Origin: Camelus dromedarius
Lineage: Eukaryota
Length of the DNA: 64,000 bases
Assembly (NCBI RefSeq): GCF_036321535.1
Contig: NC_087436.1
Location: 110,176,001 to 110,240,000, forward strand
Direction: 5' to 3'
A model generated the notes under the pieces. It ran no database searches, was not told where the DNA came from, and was given only the letters and a program-made list of their open reading frames with translations. Position 1 is the stretch's first letter, and each line of letters starts with the position of its first letter. Made by a program: the position numbers and the translations under genes. Shown in pieces: positions 37,939 to 51,150 of this stretch.

Positions 37939-39149
37939 GTAACTATCCTTTAACTTATCCTGTATTCTGGCATTGGCCAGAAATGTCTCCCTATTCATAA
38001 GACATCTGATAGTTGGTATTCCTAATGCTGTACTAAGAAAGTTAATTTTTTAATTCAATCTAAAGAGATTGTGTTTTTTAGACTGCTCCTCATCATAAAA
38101 GCTTAATATATTTGGAAGGATACAAATTTCTCAGTGTAAAACAATGGGGAAGGATAGCTTTTCCATTATTAAAAGGTGTGAAATGTGGTTTCTTTTATTG
38201 TATAGTACTGAAGAGTTCAGGGTTCAAATGCCTGCTCTACCTTTGGAGAAATTACTTAACCTCTTTCTCTGGTTTCCCTTCCAGCTCTAGGACCACGACT
38301 ATGGAGAGAGGGCTAGATCATTGGTAAAGAGCACCTAGCTGTTCTTCCAAAGTAGCCAAATGGCCAGAACAATTGTGATTCAGTTTCTTGCCAAATCTCA
38401 ATGAACTGAAAGGTTATATTACCTTATGTCTCCTCTTAACAATTAACAAAATTATGACAGTCAAAGCAAGCCTAGCCCACTGATCTCACTATCAATACTA
38501 TTCATGGAACAAAAAACAATCTGATGATTCTTTAATTCAGAAAAAGCACTGGTTTGGGAGTAGAAAAATCTGGTTAACATTCCAGCTCTACTAGGCTGTG
38601 TGACTGTCCTTGGGACTCTGGACCTATAGACCAGTTGGGATCCATTTTTTCAAAAGCTTCCACAGTGACATTGAAGATAACATTTGGAAACAAATGCACT
38701 ACACTAACTATAGACATTAAAAGAACAAAAAAGTCTGTATTTTCACAGTATTTTCTCTAGTTCCTTGCAAAATCTGTGATACAGGAATGAGGAATCAACA
38801 TACACTCAATGAGAGAATAAAAGATTATGATCTTCTGGAAAACATAGGTATTAATACTCATTATACAGATGTTGCAGATTGAAGGAGATAAATGACATGT
38901 ATTACTTTGCAAAGAAGGTACTCATTAAAGAGTAGTTTTGAGATTATCATTCATTCATCCTATTTTATTGCATTCCCATTATTGTGTGACCAGTTTACTA
39001 GGCAGCAAAGCTAAAAAGGTGACAAGGCATTTTTCCTAAGTCCACTAGGAATGATGTGCAAATAGTGATTTTTATTATACTATAATTAGAGTTTCAAAAT
39101 GTAAGTTCCATGGCAGAGAGTCAATAAGTTAAACTATTCTTGGATATTT

Positions 39150-39500
39150 CATTATTAAGAGAAATCATAGTTGGCTAATGAATTCCAAATTTCAATACAG
39201 ATGTTCCATATGGCCAAAAGGTGGTTTTCTTCCCTGTGTTACTCAGCCATCTTCTTCCTCAGCTATCTTTCAGAGTTATTAAATATCTGTGTTCAGCTTC
39301 AGGATGTGGGAAGAGAGGCAGAGGAGGACACAATCACTTCTTAAAAATCTTAGCTGGAAAGTGAGGCACGCCGTTTCCGTCCACAGACCACAGCAAAAGC
39401 TAGATAAAGGATTTTGCCTAGATGATAAGGAATCTGGAAAATGAAATCCCTGCCTAAGAAGGTGCTTCCCAGAGACAACTCCTTGCTTATAAGAGTCTAG
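39150..39500 (-). mobile_element. Old MaLR LTR fragment (MLT1K/L-like)
   Basis: 'agctggaaagtgaggcacgccgtttccgtccaca', 'gcttcccagagacaactcc'. Confidence 0.45.
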
Positions 39501-41624
39501 ACGTCTTCAGAGAAGCGGTGGCACATGAGCTGAGGCTAGAATAACAAATAAGCATTATCCAGAAGGATAGGCAAGAAGGATCGTCCCAGGTGAAGCAAAA
39601 ACATGCACGATGACTGCAGATGTAAACAGGAAGATAAGGGGGCTCCACCTTGCTTCTGCATTAACAATGTGGTAGTGAGCAGTGGAGGATGAGTGTACTG
39701 GGATAGATGAAGAGCCTAAATGTCATTATAGTAACACCCTATCTTCTCATTCAACTCCCTCTTCCCCTCAGATTTTTCTTTGATTGAGTCTGGGTCTTCA
39801 CAAACCATTGTTCTCATTCTTGCTCATTCAAGAGGATAATCTCCTTGCCAGACAGGGCCACTAAAAGGGAAATCTTCCCTATTGAATGACTGACCTTTTA
39901 ATTCTCACAATTGACTGTGTAGATAAAGCCTGGTCATGTGTCTCAGCCAATTGGCCCTCTATTGAGAAGAGCAGTGCACGGTTCTCGCACTGACACAGAC
40001 ATAACTTGAGTGCACCAAGGACATGGGCAAGGGTCGTTCATATAGCTTCTGCTAATTAACTGCCTTTTGAAATGTAGGCAGTGCAGTGTATTGTGTCCTG
40101 GTATTGTGTTTCCTCATCGATACCCTTCAGCCAAGAGAGTTCAATCCCCAGTGACAGCAATATGTTCATTTATTTTTAATATTCCATGACCTACTCAGGG
40201 TTATGGCCTCATTAAAAAGCGATTGATGTCTTTGGCATACGCTTGTGAACTGTCCTTGTTGTCTGCAGTTAAACATGATGAAGAAAGAAAAAATGAAAAA
40301 GGGTTGCCCAAGATCTTTCCAAGACTGTAACAAAAACTGACAAGAGTAATTGTCTGCTACTTCAGGGACTTACAAAAATAGATAACCAATCAAATGAGGT
40401 CAGTAAATTTTGCTTATTCTATATTTGGTTGAAAAGGTGTTATTTTTAAAGTTTTAAATTGCTGGCATTAATAGAAAAATATGGCTCCTTATTAACCTGA
40501 TTTAATTAATTTTCTGTGTAATAATAGGATACTGGAATATGTAGAATCTTTTAAAACTTATTTATGTAAATCCCACAAACCATCTTTTCATTGATCTCTC
40601 TACAAATACTGCACTGGGGAGACTAATGAATAATGTGCATAAGTCTGCGTGGTCCAGACTGAGATTTCAAATACTGACAGCTGTCAAGAAATGTGACTAT
40701 CACTAGATTACTTGGAAATTAATAGACAGTTACAGGAAAGGTATTACCTTAAATAAAGCATGTGTTTATTCTTACTGGCTGTTGATAACTGATATTCCTA
40801 ATAATGTATTTCTCCTAAAGCTCTTATTTGTTCTATAGAATCTTCTGAATGACACAGGAAGGACTGCATTCTGCAAAGCATCATTTGACTAATAACTCCA
40901 TTGTATGACAAATTAATTGTTTGGAAACGGGATGTCAATATTTGAACATATGTTAACTGAAGCACTGACTGTATTTCTAGTACCTGCCAAAGAGTACTGT
41001 AGGAGCTGGGATGCAGTGATCAACCAACTAAGGCCCTTGACTTTGAGATATTCGTAACTTAATAGGGAAGATGAGTATGTGAAAATGATTCTACAGAATT
41101 TGCATAAGTGTTAGAAGGAAAATGAGTACAAAGTCCCCTGGAAGCGGCAAAAGATAGGAGGGGAAAAAAGGAAATCTGCTTGAAAGTTTAGGGTTATATA
41201 AACATACAAGTTAGAATCCCAGACCCTCTACCTCTCTGTCACCTACGAATGAAGTGATCGTGTGTTCATCACTTTACATCTCCAATCTCATGGAGGTAAT
41301 CAAAATACAGGGTGTTGTGAGAAATAAAAAGAATAATCTATGCACACAGCTGAAATGGCTTCTGATAGAATATATTCCCCAAGATGTTAGTTCTTTATCA
41401 TATTTATACTAGGGGAGGTGGGTAATATTCTAGATCTGTGATACTTAAGAAGGGTCTTAACAAAGAAAAATAATAAAGGTTTACTAGGTTAAAAAGAAAG
41501 GGAAGAAGAATATTCTAGGGCAGAAGAAAAAAAGATGCAAAAGCCCAAAGCTTCGACACCATGAGATCAGTGACTTAGCGATTCATTTCCTTTGTTTCAA
41601 GCAAAAAAAAAAAAATCAGTATCT

Positions 41625-41985
41625 GCAAGAGATTGGTGGGGTAGGGGTGGAATTTGAATAGGCAGAGCACAGTGATGTTTTAGGGCAGTGAAAATGCTCT
41701 TTATGACACCATTATGATGGATACTTGTCATTCTACCTTTGTTCAAATCCATAAAGTGTACAACACCATGAGTTAAATATAAACTATGGACTTTGGGTGA
41801 TTATGATATGTCAATGTGGGTTCATCAACTAACACATGTACTTCTCTGTATGGGCTGTTGATAACAGGGGGGCCTCTGCACATGTGGGAGCAGGGGAGTA
41901 TATGGGAATTCTCTGTACTTCCCCTCAACTTTGCTGTGAACTGAAAACTGCTCTAAAAAGTAATAAACTCAAAATTTTAAAAAGC
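41625..41985 (+). mobile_element. L1MC1/2-like 3' end
   Basis: 'ttttagggcagtgaaaatgctctttatgac', 'aaactatggactttgggtgattatgatatgtcaatgt', 'ttgctgtgaactgaaaactgctctaaaaa'. Confidence 0.9.
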
Positions 41986-42164
41986 CTAAAATTCAGATCC
42001 ACTTAACCTTATTTCTAAAACATATAATATTTTGACCTCATCAAAATTTGGGTTAGGATTTGACAATTCTAACTGACACTACATTAGGGGAAGAAACTAT
42101 ATCACTTAAAAATACGAATCATTACTAAAAAAACTGAGGCAAGTTGGTTGATTGAATTCTCTAG

Positions 42165-42370
42165 CAGTACTTCATTCAATACTCAACAACAAGGAGGTAT
42201 AATTACCCTGTATAGAAAGTGAGGTTCCAAGGGATAATACAGAGATCTCCAAGCATAAGTGAGGAAACTCAGAAATCTAAAACTTCAGAGTTTAGCTAGC
42301 AAGTGGTGGAGTTAAGAATCAAACGCATCTCTGTTAAATTCCCAAACCCATGTTCTTTCTACCACATCTA
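42165..42370 (-). mobile_element. MIR SINE
   Basis: 'agctagcaagtggtggagttaagaatcaaac', 'aaacccatgttctttctaccacat'. Confidence 0.6.
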
Positions 42371-42899
42371 GATGCCTCTTTTAATTTGTAATTTGGCCAA
42401 GCCTGTCCCTAATTGGAACTGAGCGCATCTGAACACATCTGATGGTCCTTTGGATTGCTTTCTTGTATACATCACTAAAGATGATCAAAATTTTCAGTTT
42501 TTCATCAGCTTCTTTTTGGGAAGAACTGCATTTAAATAAACCAACCAGAAAAATGACATGGAAGTTCACACTGAGTGACAGTATGAGCCAGGAAAATTAC
42601 ACAGTAAACTCTTCCAACACCACCCCACCAACTTTACATTTGGACTCCACTGGGACTTTGCCTCCCCATCCTACATTAGCAGGTCAAAACGTGCTTCTCT
42701 GAAGAGACTATTTTGGCCCAGATGAAATAGTATCCCCAAAATCTGATGAAGCAAACACTCTCTAAACCAAGTACTGTAAGAACATCAGGCAGCTAATACA
42801 AATACAATCACAATCTAGACACTCAAATTTCAAAATAGTTGTTCTCTCTACATACTAATATGAAATTTAGCAGTAGTATCAGAACTGGGATTAAAAACA

Positions 42900-43100
42900 A
42901 GATTATATGTAATATAATATGATATAATGTCATATACCTCTACATATATAAATCAGATTTACATATACTATATGTCAAAATAGAAAGATTTATATATAAA
43001 CACATAAATATATATTACAGTATATGTAATGTATATACTATGCAAATAGTATATAATATGAGAGATTATATATATGTGTATATAAATGTATATTATATTG
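42900..43100. repeat. AT-rich (TA-derived) low-complexity region
   Basis: Directly visible. Confidence 0.8.
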
Positions 43101-43264
43101 GACAGATCTTTCTACTCCTTACATCACTTTCAGAAATGCAACAGCTGTGAAAAAGTATGGCTGTTTTCAGTCATATCTCAGATACTATTTGAAGAATGAG
43201 AGAAAGTAGACCTTGGAAGTGGTTGAGATCCATTTTCTCCATTTATTTACTATTCTTATTTAAC

Positions 43265-43495
43265 AAATAACTAATATTAATTAAGCACTTGCTATGAGCC
43301 AGAAATGCTTATAAGAATGTGCATGTATTTTCTCACACAGTCTTTAGACCATCCCTAGGAGACATTACGACCATTGTACCCATGCTGTAGATGAAGAAAC
43401 TGAGGCATTAATAGGTTAAGTAACTGTATTCATGCAGCTGATAAGGAATAGAACCAGGATTTAAATCCAGGCATCTGGCTTCAAAGTCTGTCCTT
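43265..43495 (-). mobile_element. MIR SINE
   Basis: Core 'tagatgaagaaactgaggcattaataggttaagtaact', 'ccaggatttaaatccaggcatctggcttcaaagtc'. Confidence 0.88.
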
Positions 43496-43679
43496 GATTC
43501 CCTCTTAAGTACTCACTTGGCACATACTACAGAGTAAGCTCTGTGCCAGATGATTTCACTATCATTTAATGCAACCATTCATTTTTTTTTCTCCTCCTGA
43601 CCACTTGCTTTTAAGACAGATCAGATAGCTGACCAGTCTAACACATCACTCCCTTTTTCTCTCCCTCACCACCCTAGAA

Positions 43680-44760
43680 ACGTGAAGACTGGATAAGGAT
43701 TGGCCTTAGCTAAGTGGGAGATGAGGTTGTGGAAAATGCTTTGACATATTCTACGAAGCATCGCATGCTCCCAAAGTAGCTTTTGGTTAGGGGTGCAAAA
43801 CAGATAACAAGGCACGTAACCTTTTGAAGTCCAACCAGATGAAGGAACAATCGATGGCCCAGCTGTGGTGCTCAGACTTACAAAACGCCTCTGCCAATTC
43901 CCAGTCATCTTCCCAGGGAGCCACATTGTTCTCATCAGCATGCTCCATAAATTTTGCAGTAGGATGCAAGCTGCTGGCTTGAAGCTGACACTGATTGAAA
44001 AACCTCACCCGCAGCCAACTGCTGTAAGGAGAGGACTTGAGGGTCCAGAAGGAAATACCCGTGCTTGTTGTTCAGCAGATTTGTCAGCATTTAGAGATCA
44101 CAGGAGAGAGAGAGAACACCAAGATAAGGCTAATTCCCCCAAGGGGAAATATTGTAGGTTTGTGGTGTGATTCCTTTTTCCTTTTATCTCTCTCTCTTTT
44201 TTTTAAACTTTGGTCAAGCAAAAGCAAAAATTCAGTATTGGGCAAGTTGTTCTTAGTAGATACAAAAAGATGTTAAGGAGATAAGGTCTGCCAGGTTTGG
44301 TTTTTTGTTTTTTGTTTTTTTGTTTTTTTTCCCTCTTTACCTTCCAGTGAACTTTATTCTTTTTTCCTTCAAGCAATAGAGGGTGACCTAGGCTACAGAA
44401 ATCCAGTTTCTTCTCATTAGAGAGTAGCCAAGGGCTCTTTAAACTAATAAAGCAAGAGAAAGATCACAGATAAAACAAGATAGGATATTCAGGTGGAGAT
44501 GACAAGAGAATGCCTAGAGGGTTATGTTAATAATTACAGTCTGAGGGGTAGGAATGAGACCTCTATAAAGTAAGCTATTTTATGATGTCTTTACAGCACT
44601 TTCAAAATGCTCTGCATAATAAAGCCAATTTTGAAGTTTCCCAGCCCCCTCCCCCCAATAAACATAGCAGTTCTCCCCAGGAAATTATTCAAAAAGCAAA
44701 AGTAAACACTTTCCTCCTCCAAGCAGAAGTGAGTCATTTTTATAACAGGAAGAAAATGAA
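43680..44760. promoter_or_regulatory. Candidate GATA/E-box/RUNX/AP-1 enhancer
   Basis: Unique sequence with retained CpGs; AGATAA at 43802, 44122, 44279, 44468; CAGCTGTGGT at 43860; TGTGGT at 44161; TGAGTCA at 44730; motif evidence only. Confidence 0.35.
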
Positions 44761-45334
44761 ATAAAACATACACTATAATCTGCAGAGATTGCCGTCTCTA
44801 GCCTGTGGGAAATTCTGAAGGGCGTATGTTTGGATCCATAAGGCAATTTCCTTTGCTATTGGCTAGTAAAAAGCTTACAATTTCTCCCCCTCCAAGTTCT
44901 CTCTCAGTTCTACTCTAACCAGTTCCAGGTCTTTTCTTTATACCTCTCCCTCGCTTTCCTAGCACATCCCTAGGTACCTGCCGATGGACAGTCGGTTGTT
45001 TTACTACACTTGACTTTAGTGTTTATTGGTTCATGCTCTAAATTTGTCCGACAGGTACCTGGGGACAAGTGTACTGGCTAGTAGCTACACAAAAAAGAAT
45101 GTAACCAGGTCCCTGGCTTGATTAAATCACATCAGTAGAAAAATAGACATAAAATCTGTCAATTATGCACTGTGTAGCATTATAATACAGCATTTGAAAA
45201 CATTATAAATATAAAAGCAATAGAAATCTATATTTTATATAAATATAAAAGCAATAAAACCTAAAGTCAGGCATTGGTGATAAAAATGAAAGGAGGAATG
45301 GAAGTGAGTCAGAATGTAGGAAATCCATGAGGTG

Positions 45335-45520
45335 AAATGTACATGGCGTTGAAAACCGGCTTTTTCACTGACTGAGTACGTTGACCTTGGTTAAGTTTCT
45401 GAACTCTGATTTCATCAGTAAAATGGAAAAAATGCCTACCTCAAAGGACTCAAAGCAACGATGAGAATAAATGTGGTCTATAAAATGCTTACTAGTAAAC
45501 ATTCAACTAATGTAGCCTAA
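45335..45520 (+). mobile_element. MIR SINE nested in L2
   Basis: 'tgaccttggttaagtttctgaactctgatttcatcagtaaaatgg', 'cctacctcaaagg'. Confidence 0.7.
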
Positions 45521-45529
45521 AGTATGTTA

Positions 45530-45995
45530 GATAAATGAAGTACTGTGGTGAGACACAGGAAGGAAGCACTAATTTAGTTAAGGCTCCTCAGAAGATGTGA
45601 AATTTGAGGTGGGATCTAAAAGGGAAATCACAGGCAGAGATTCAAGAGGTGGGTAACTTGGAAGTCCTAAAAATGAAACCTATATACAAGTACACAGAAC
45701 TACACTGGAATGACCAATAATTATTTGTGATTAGAGTGTGGGTTCACGCTGAGTGATAGAAGAAAATGAGACTTGAAAAATGAGTTGGGAGAAGATTGTG
45801 AATGGCCTTCTATTCCACGGTAAGGAATTTTAACCTCTGAAAATAAGGAATAATTAAAAATCTAACAGAAGAGAAATAATACCTCAGAATCATACTTTAA
45901 AAAGTGAAATGTGGAATTCTAGGAGCTGTGCAGATAACAGTAAGGAGAGACTGAGAACAGGAAAACCAGTTCAGAGGATATAATAATTATCTGTA
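45530..45995 (-). mobile_element. L2 fragment (resumes about 46345-46515)
   Basis: 'agaagatgtgaaatttgaggtgggatctaaa', 'agattgtgaatggccttctattccacggtaaggaatttt', 'ggagagactgagaacaggaaaaccagtt'. Confidence 0.75.
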
Positions 45996-46039
45996 CATAA
46001 TATTTATATTTAAGTTATATACATATATATTTAAAAATT

Positions 46040-46250
46040 ATAGGAATTTACAGATACTAACTACTATATACAGAACAGATAAACAACAAAGCCCTACTGC
46101 ATAGCACAGGGAACCACATAGTACCTTGTAATAGCCTGTAATGAAAAAGAATAGAAAAAGGAATATATATGTGTGTAACTGCATCACTATGCTATACACC
46201 AGAAATTATCACTATATTGTAAACCAACTATACTTCAGTAAAAAAAATAA
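46040..46250 (+). mobile_element. Short L1 3' UTR fragment (cetartiodactyl type)
   Basis: 'cagataaacaacaaagccctactgcatagcacagggaac', 'gctatacaccagaaatt', 'ttgtaaaccaactatacttcagtaaaaaaa'. Confidence 0.9.
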
Positions 46251-46553
46251 ACTTATGTTTATATTACCATACAGTAATATAAATTTGTATAATAATATAA
46301 ATACAATAGAGCCTATATTTATATAAAAATATAAAAGCAAAAAAACTAAAGTCAAGCAGTGATGATAAAAATGAAAGAAGGACTAGAAGGGAGAGAGAAG
46401 ATTAGAGGAAACTGTATGGTTAACTGGACGTCAGGAATTATGAATCTGGGTATGTCAAAGGCATTTTGGAGGCATTTAACCTGGGAGACTGAGTGATTTG
46501 TGATCCTCTTAATGATTACACATAATTCACAATGAATAGACAGAATGAAGGAG

Positions 46554-47066
46554 TGTGGTAAATTGGATCATTATTCTCCAGTTCTTTATTGCCACCCCAT
46601 ATATCAAAACCCTTTGCCAGGTGACTTTGCAGCGCCTCCCACTGGACATAGAGTATCTTTCCTTGTCTCATTGATGTTGGTCTTGGTTATATGACATGTT
46701 TTGGCCAATGAAATTTGGAAATATGGATTGAATTTTCAGTATGCCAGTTGCAAGAGGAGGCTTTAATAGGAATAACTTATTTCTGCCCAGACTCATATAC
46801 TCCAGGGATGCACTAGGAGAAGTACATGCTCCAGGTAGCTTGGGGTCCAAGAAGAATGAGGAAGCCCATAGAGAATACCTATATCCAATCCACAGCCTGG
46901 AGAAAATGCCAGCCAAACCCAGCCAAGCGTCAGCCTGAAGCAAGCTTTCCAAACTGAACAGTAATAGACTTAACAAGCAAGAGAAATAAATAAATTCTTG
47001 CTGTTTGTTTTCCCTCTTGAAATAGTTTTTTATTCAGCATTATAGTGGCAATAGTCCACTGATGCA
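46554..47066 (+). mobile_element. MLT1I-like MaLR solo LTR
   Basis: TGTGGTA...GATGCA; 'gtgactttgcagcgcctcccact', 'ttggccaatgaaat', 'cagcattatagtggcaatag'. Confidence 0.82.
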
Positions 47067-48775
47067 AACAGACAGAAACAGCAACGTTTAAATATCTAGT
47101 TCCAACTTGTTTCCAATGCCCAGCTATCTCCTTACCCTCGGATTCTCTGAGCAGCCACAAAATTACTTCAATCAGTCCTTTTTTCTTGTTTTCTTAAGCA
47201 GAGTAGAGCGATTTCTGTTATTTGTCACCTGTTGAATTTTATCACACAATTCTTCTGAGATACTTTAATCGTAACTATCTTCCAACTATAATGGTAGAAT
47301 AATGAGGCCACATTTTGGACCAGGAATTATCATGTATAGGAAAGAATCATTTCATTAAAGATTTGGTCAATTAATGAATGAGTTAATTAATGACAGAGTG
47401 GATCTTATAGCTACAGAGTACATATTCCCCTATGCCAGCTAAGCATCTTGAAATCATCTTTCATTGATGAGTAACACAGGGACAGAATTAAAGAGCATGG
47501 GTAATATAAATACTTAAGATGTAGTTAAATAAAGAGTAAGCTGAGAAGAAAGAGGAATAAAAGGGGAACAGGAAATAATGGTGTTATTAAAGCAAAATAA
47601 GATACTGAGTTTATGAAAGAGGAAGTGGCAAACAGTATCGAATACCGGAGACATATCAATTAGGTTAGATGACCATTAGCAGAATCAGGCTGAGTGAATT
47701 TTCCTTCTAAGCAATTAGAGTGATGGTTGTGCCACAGGAATCTGAGAGGTTTGCAGAGAGCAAACTTTAAGAGAAAGAGAAAGCTTCCCAGATACTGAAA
47801 AGTATCTAGAAAGGGAAAAAAAAGGGGGGAATAAGAGAGAAAAGGAGAAGAAAATAGAGACAAGCCCCAAGTTGGTGCTTAAAACATTTCCTGCACCCAC
47901 CTGAGCTGACTATTCTCTATTTCAATTTCTTGTAGAATTATATTTGTGATTAAGTAAAAGTTATCTGTGATTATTTATATGACAAGTAGTCATGCTTGTG
48001 AGCAAATTAATTCCTTAGAAAATACAGTGTTTTAAAGTTTTTAAATTTTTTTCTTTGTCTCTAAAGTTCCCATATTAAAACTCTATTAAATTCTTATTAA
48101 ATATGTATAAAGGTAAATAAAACTAATCATGTGGTCACAGTTCTTTTCCCTGACAAACTACCTTTGGCTTATTTAGCCTTCTTATCTACTACAGGAAAAT
48201 AAGCTTCGAATCTGGTACTTGAACAAATTGTCCTTAATTGGGTCTTTCCAAGTAAGTTGAATTTACTTTAAGAGCAGATGTGCTAGGGATGCACAAAGTG
48301 AATGGCCATGTAGAGAGGTAATTTTTATGGCTTTTTATAATTGTACTTCCTGTATATAGAACAGTGTCTGACATATAGTGTTTCTCAGGGAATATCTGTT
48401 GAATGAATCAATGAGTGAACATGTGTCTTTGGTTTCCTTATCCTCTTTCAGTCTTAAGTTTGGGAACACTATGCCCTCAAGTGTTCTTTTTATTTTTTCC
48501 TCTCCCTCTGCCTTTTCCTTTGTTTCAATTAGTAAAATCTGCATAGGAGATTCAGCTCTGATGAGAATACACTATAGTGTATGCATGTTTTTATATTTAT
48601 ATAGATTTTATGCCTCCTCTGTAATAGCACCCACATCACAATGCCCTTGAGAGAACTGGCAGTCGGTCTTGGTTCATGCTTCTTTTGGAGTAACTATTAA
48701 AGTGGAGGAACAGAGTAGTTGCACAGTTAAACTCAGTGGAATGCTAGAATCTTGGGTATAGGAGAATCCATCTGG

Positions 48776-49150
48776 TGTGAAGCCCATCACTCTCTATTCA
48801 CTACTCTATTCCTGCCCTCAACACAGACCAACAGGAGTTTCTCAGGTCCTCAGAGTCACAATCAAACAGGGTGGAATTTCGGGCAAGACTCCTTACCTGG
48901 ATGAAAATAGAAATGTCAATCAGAAAATGGCACAACCAGCCAGAGAGAGCGGTCAGAGCAGGACCAGGGAGTCAGGCTACAGCTTGGTCAGGCATAGCCT
49001 CACGAACACTGCTGGACTAAGATCAGCGCTCTAAGATTTTTTCTGACCATTAGGTTTGGGCACTGGATGGGGTCAAGTCTGCAGGCCTGGGGACCTGCAG
49101 TAGCTGAGTCTCCCTAGGGCTGGGATATTTCCTCATGTTCCCTGTAACCT
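48776..49150. mobile_element. Possible ancient LTR remnant
   Basis: GC-richer block starting TGTGA with LTR-like composition; family not recognised. Confidence 0.25.
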
Positions 49151-50072
49151 TTAATTGCTAAGACAGTTTTAATGCAATGGTTTGTTCTGACAAAATTAAA
49201 TTCTGCTTTGTTTATATGTAATGACAATTTACGGAGTCCCTGAATTCTGGAGACTCATTGTTTCTGGGGTCAAGAAGACCATTCTTAGATATTATGTCAC
49301 TTTAGACACTGTAATTATCAGATACTATAACTAGAAAGAAACTTTAAGTGCAACTAAGCTAATGTTTGCCCAAAACTATATGCTGGGGTTCTTCAAGAAG
49401 AAAACATTGAATAATGCTGTGAAATGCCACCTAATAAATCTCCCTTTATGAAATTTCTCAAAGCATGTTAACATCTGTCAAAACTCTTCTGGAATGAAAA
49501 TTGCATTTATGTATATCTAAGCCAGCGTTCAAATATATTTGACCATAGACCATTTTATGGGTAAAATATCCATTAATAAGCAGTGGAACTACTGTACCAC
49601 TGAATAGTCAAAACCATCCAGGTATGGTCATCTGTTCTCTTTAGTTCAGGACTTAAAGGGGTCATTAGCACAAGGATCTGTTCTTTTTTCTCTTGATTTC
49701 TCATTCTACCCATCTTCCCTGTGGGTTCTTCTGTTTGCTTTTGTTTCAACTATTTATCACACCAAGCTGAAGTTGACTCCAAGAAATATTAGTTGCTTGC
49801 AAGAATTTTTCTGATCTCCGTACTTTTACATTTAACTACTTTCTCAATTTTTGTACTTAATTGATATACTAGAAAACTTATCTAGTCATCTGATGCCCTC
49901 CCCCTCTTTTCCACCAGAATGGACTACACAAACCTGGGGTTCATCCTTCAATTCTCTCTCTTATTTTTAATCCCCATCATCCCGTTAAAAGAGTCCCAGA
50001 ACCCTGTAACTTTCCTCACCCAAAGAGCTTGAAAATCTTCAACTCCCCTTGCACAGATTGATACAAAAGGCT

Positions 50073-50515
50073 TGTATTAGTTTGAGTTTCTTGCTACAGC
50101 AAAATCTAAGACAGGCACTTGAGTACTGGTAGTTGATTGATGAGGTGACCACCGGGAGCAGGAACAAGAGAGCTGGAAAAGTGAGCCCGGGAGGGAAGAA
50201 AAGGTGATCAAAGTTGTGTTAGTGTGCTGGTTCCTGCTGTGAGTGATGGAGCACTCCGGTGCTGGGGCATGTCTGCAGAATCATGTAGAACGTGCCTCCG
50301 AGTTTCCCCTCTGCAGGATGGGAAGTGAGTCTGTTTCCTCTGTCTCACTTCCCCTATCAGTTCTAAAGGCCCCAGGAGTTCACTCTCCCGAACTTCTGGG
50401 CTAACCTGCAAATACGCCCGGAGACAGAAAAGCAGGGATAAGTGAGGCCCTTGTGGTAGCATGTTGTCAGTGTGCACAGAACTGCCCAACAGAGCTGCAG
50501 CTGAAGCCAGTGTCC
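50073..50515 (-). mobile_element. LTR16-family ERVL solo LTR
   Basis: 'agacaggcacttgagtactggtagtt', 'tgtagaacgtgcctccgagtttcccct', 'cactctcccgaacttctgggct'. Confidence 0.8.
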
Positions 50516-50599
50516 TGAGCAAAGGAGGCCTTTTAACCACTCTTCTCCCTAGGCTGGCCCCTCTTTACATCGTCTCCAGAATAAGCTTTCTCACATTTT

Positions 50600-51150
50600 C
50601 TTTCATTAATTTGGCAAACATTTCTTAAGCATATTGTCTTTGTCAGGCATGTTCTTACCTGTTGGTGAACAAGTCTAGTTTTTAATGTCAGAGAATTTAC
50701 ATTCTAAAAGGAGACAAGAAAAAAAAAAGCAAGGAAGCAGAAAAAAATAGTATCAGAGAGTGGCAAATCTTATGCAGAGAATGAAAATGCATATGTGAAA
50801 AGAGATTGGTTGGGCACTCTAAATTATTTAGAAGGCTATTTCAGAGAAAAAAAGAAACAAATGATTTAATTGAAGTCACTAGGAATGGGTACGGAGAGGA
50901 GTGGATGGATTCACAATACGTTTAAGACTTAGAGTCAGTGGAACGACTGTGAACTGGATGGGAAGGCAAGGAAAAGGAAAACAAAGAAGATGCTTAACTG
51001 CTGATTTGAGCACTCAGTAGATGGCATTGCCATTTTTAAGATGGGGAAGCTTGGAGGAAGAATGAATCTCAGGAGGAAATAGTGGGTTTCTGCTGACTCG
51101 TGTTAAATTTGAGATGATTGCTAGGCATGCATGAGGAGATGTCAAACTCA
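50600..51150 (-). mobile_element. L2 fragment
   Basis: 'gagaatttacattctaaaaggagaca', 'gtagatggcattgccatttttaagatggggaag', 'tgttaaatttgagatg'. Confidence 0.75.

Noticed and set aside
43666..44276. Four overlapping ORFs, one with protein-like text (MEHADENNVAPWEDDWELAEAF...)
   Set aside because: No recognisable homology, no convincing flanking splice sites, and ORFs on both strands as expected for GC-richer non-coding DNA; tBLASTn/PhyloCSF would settle it
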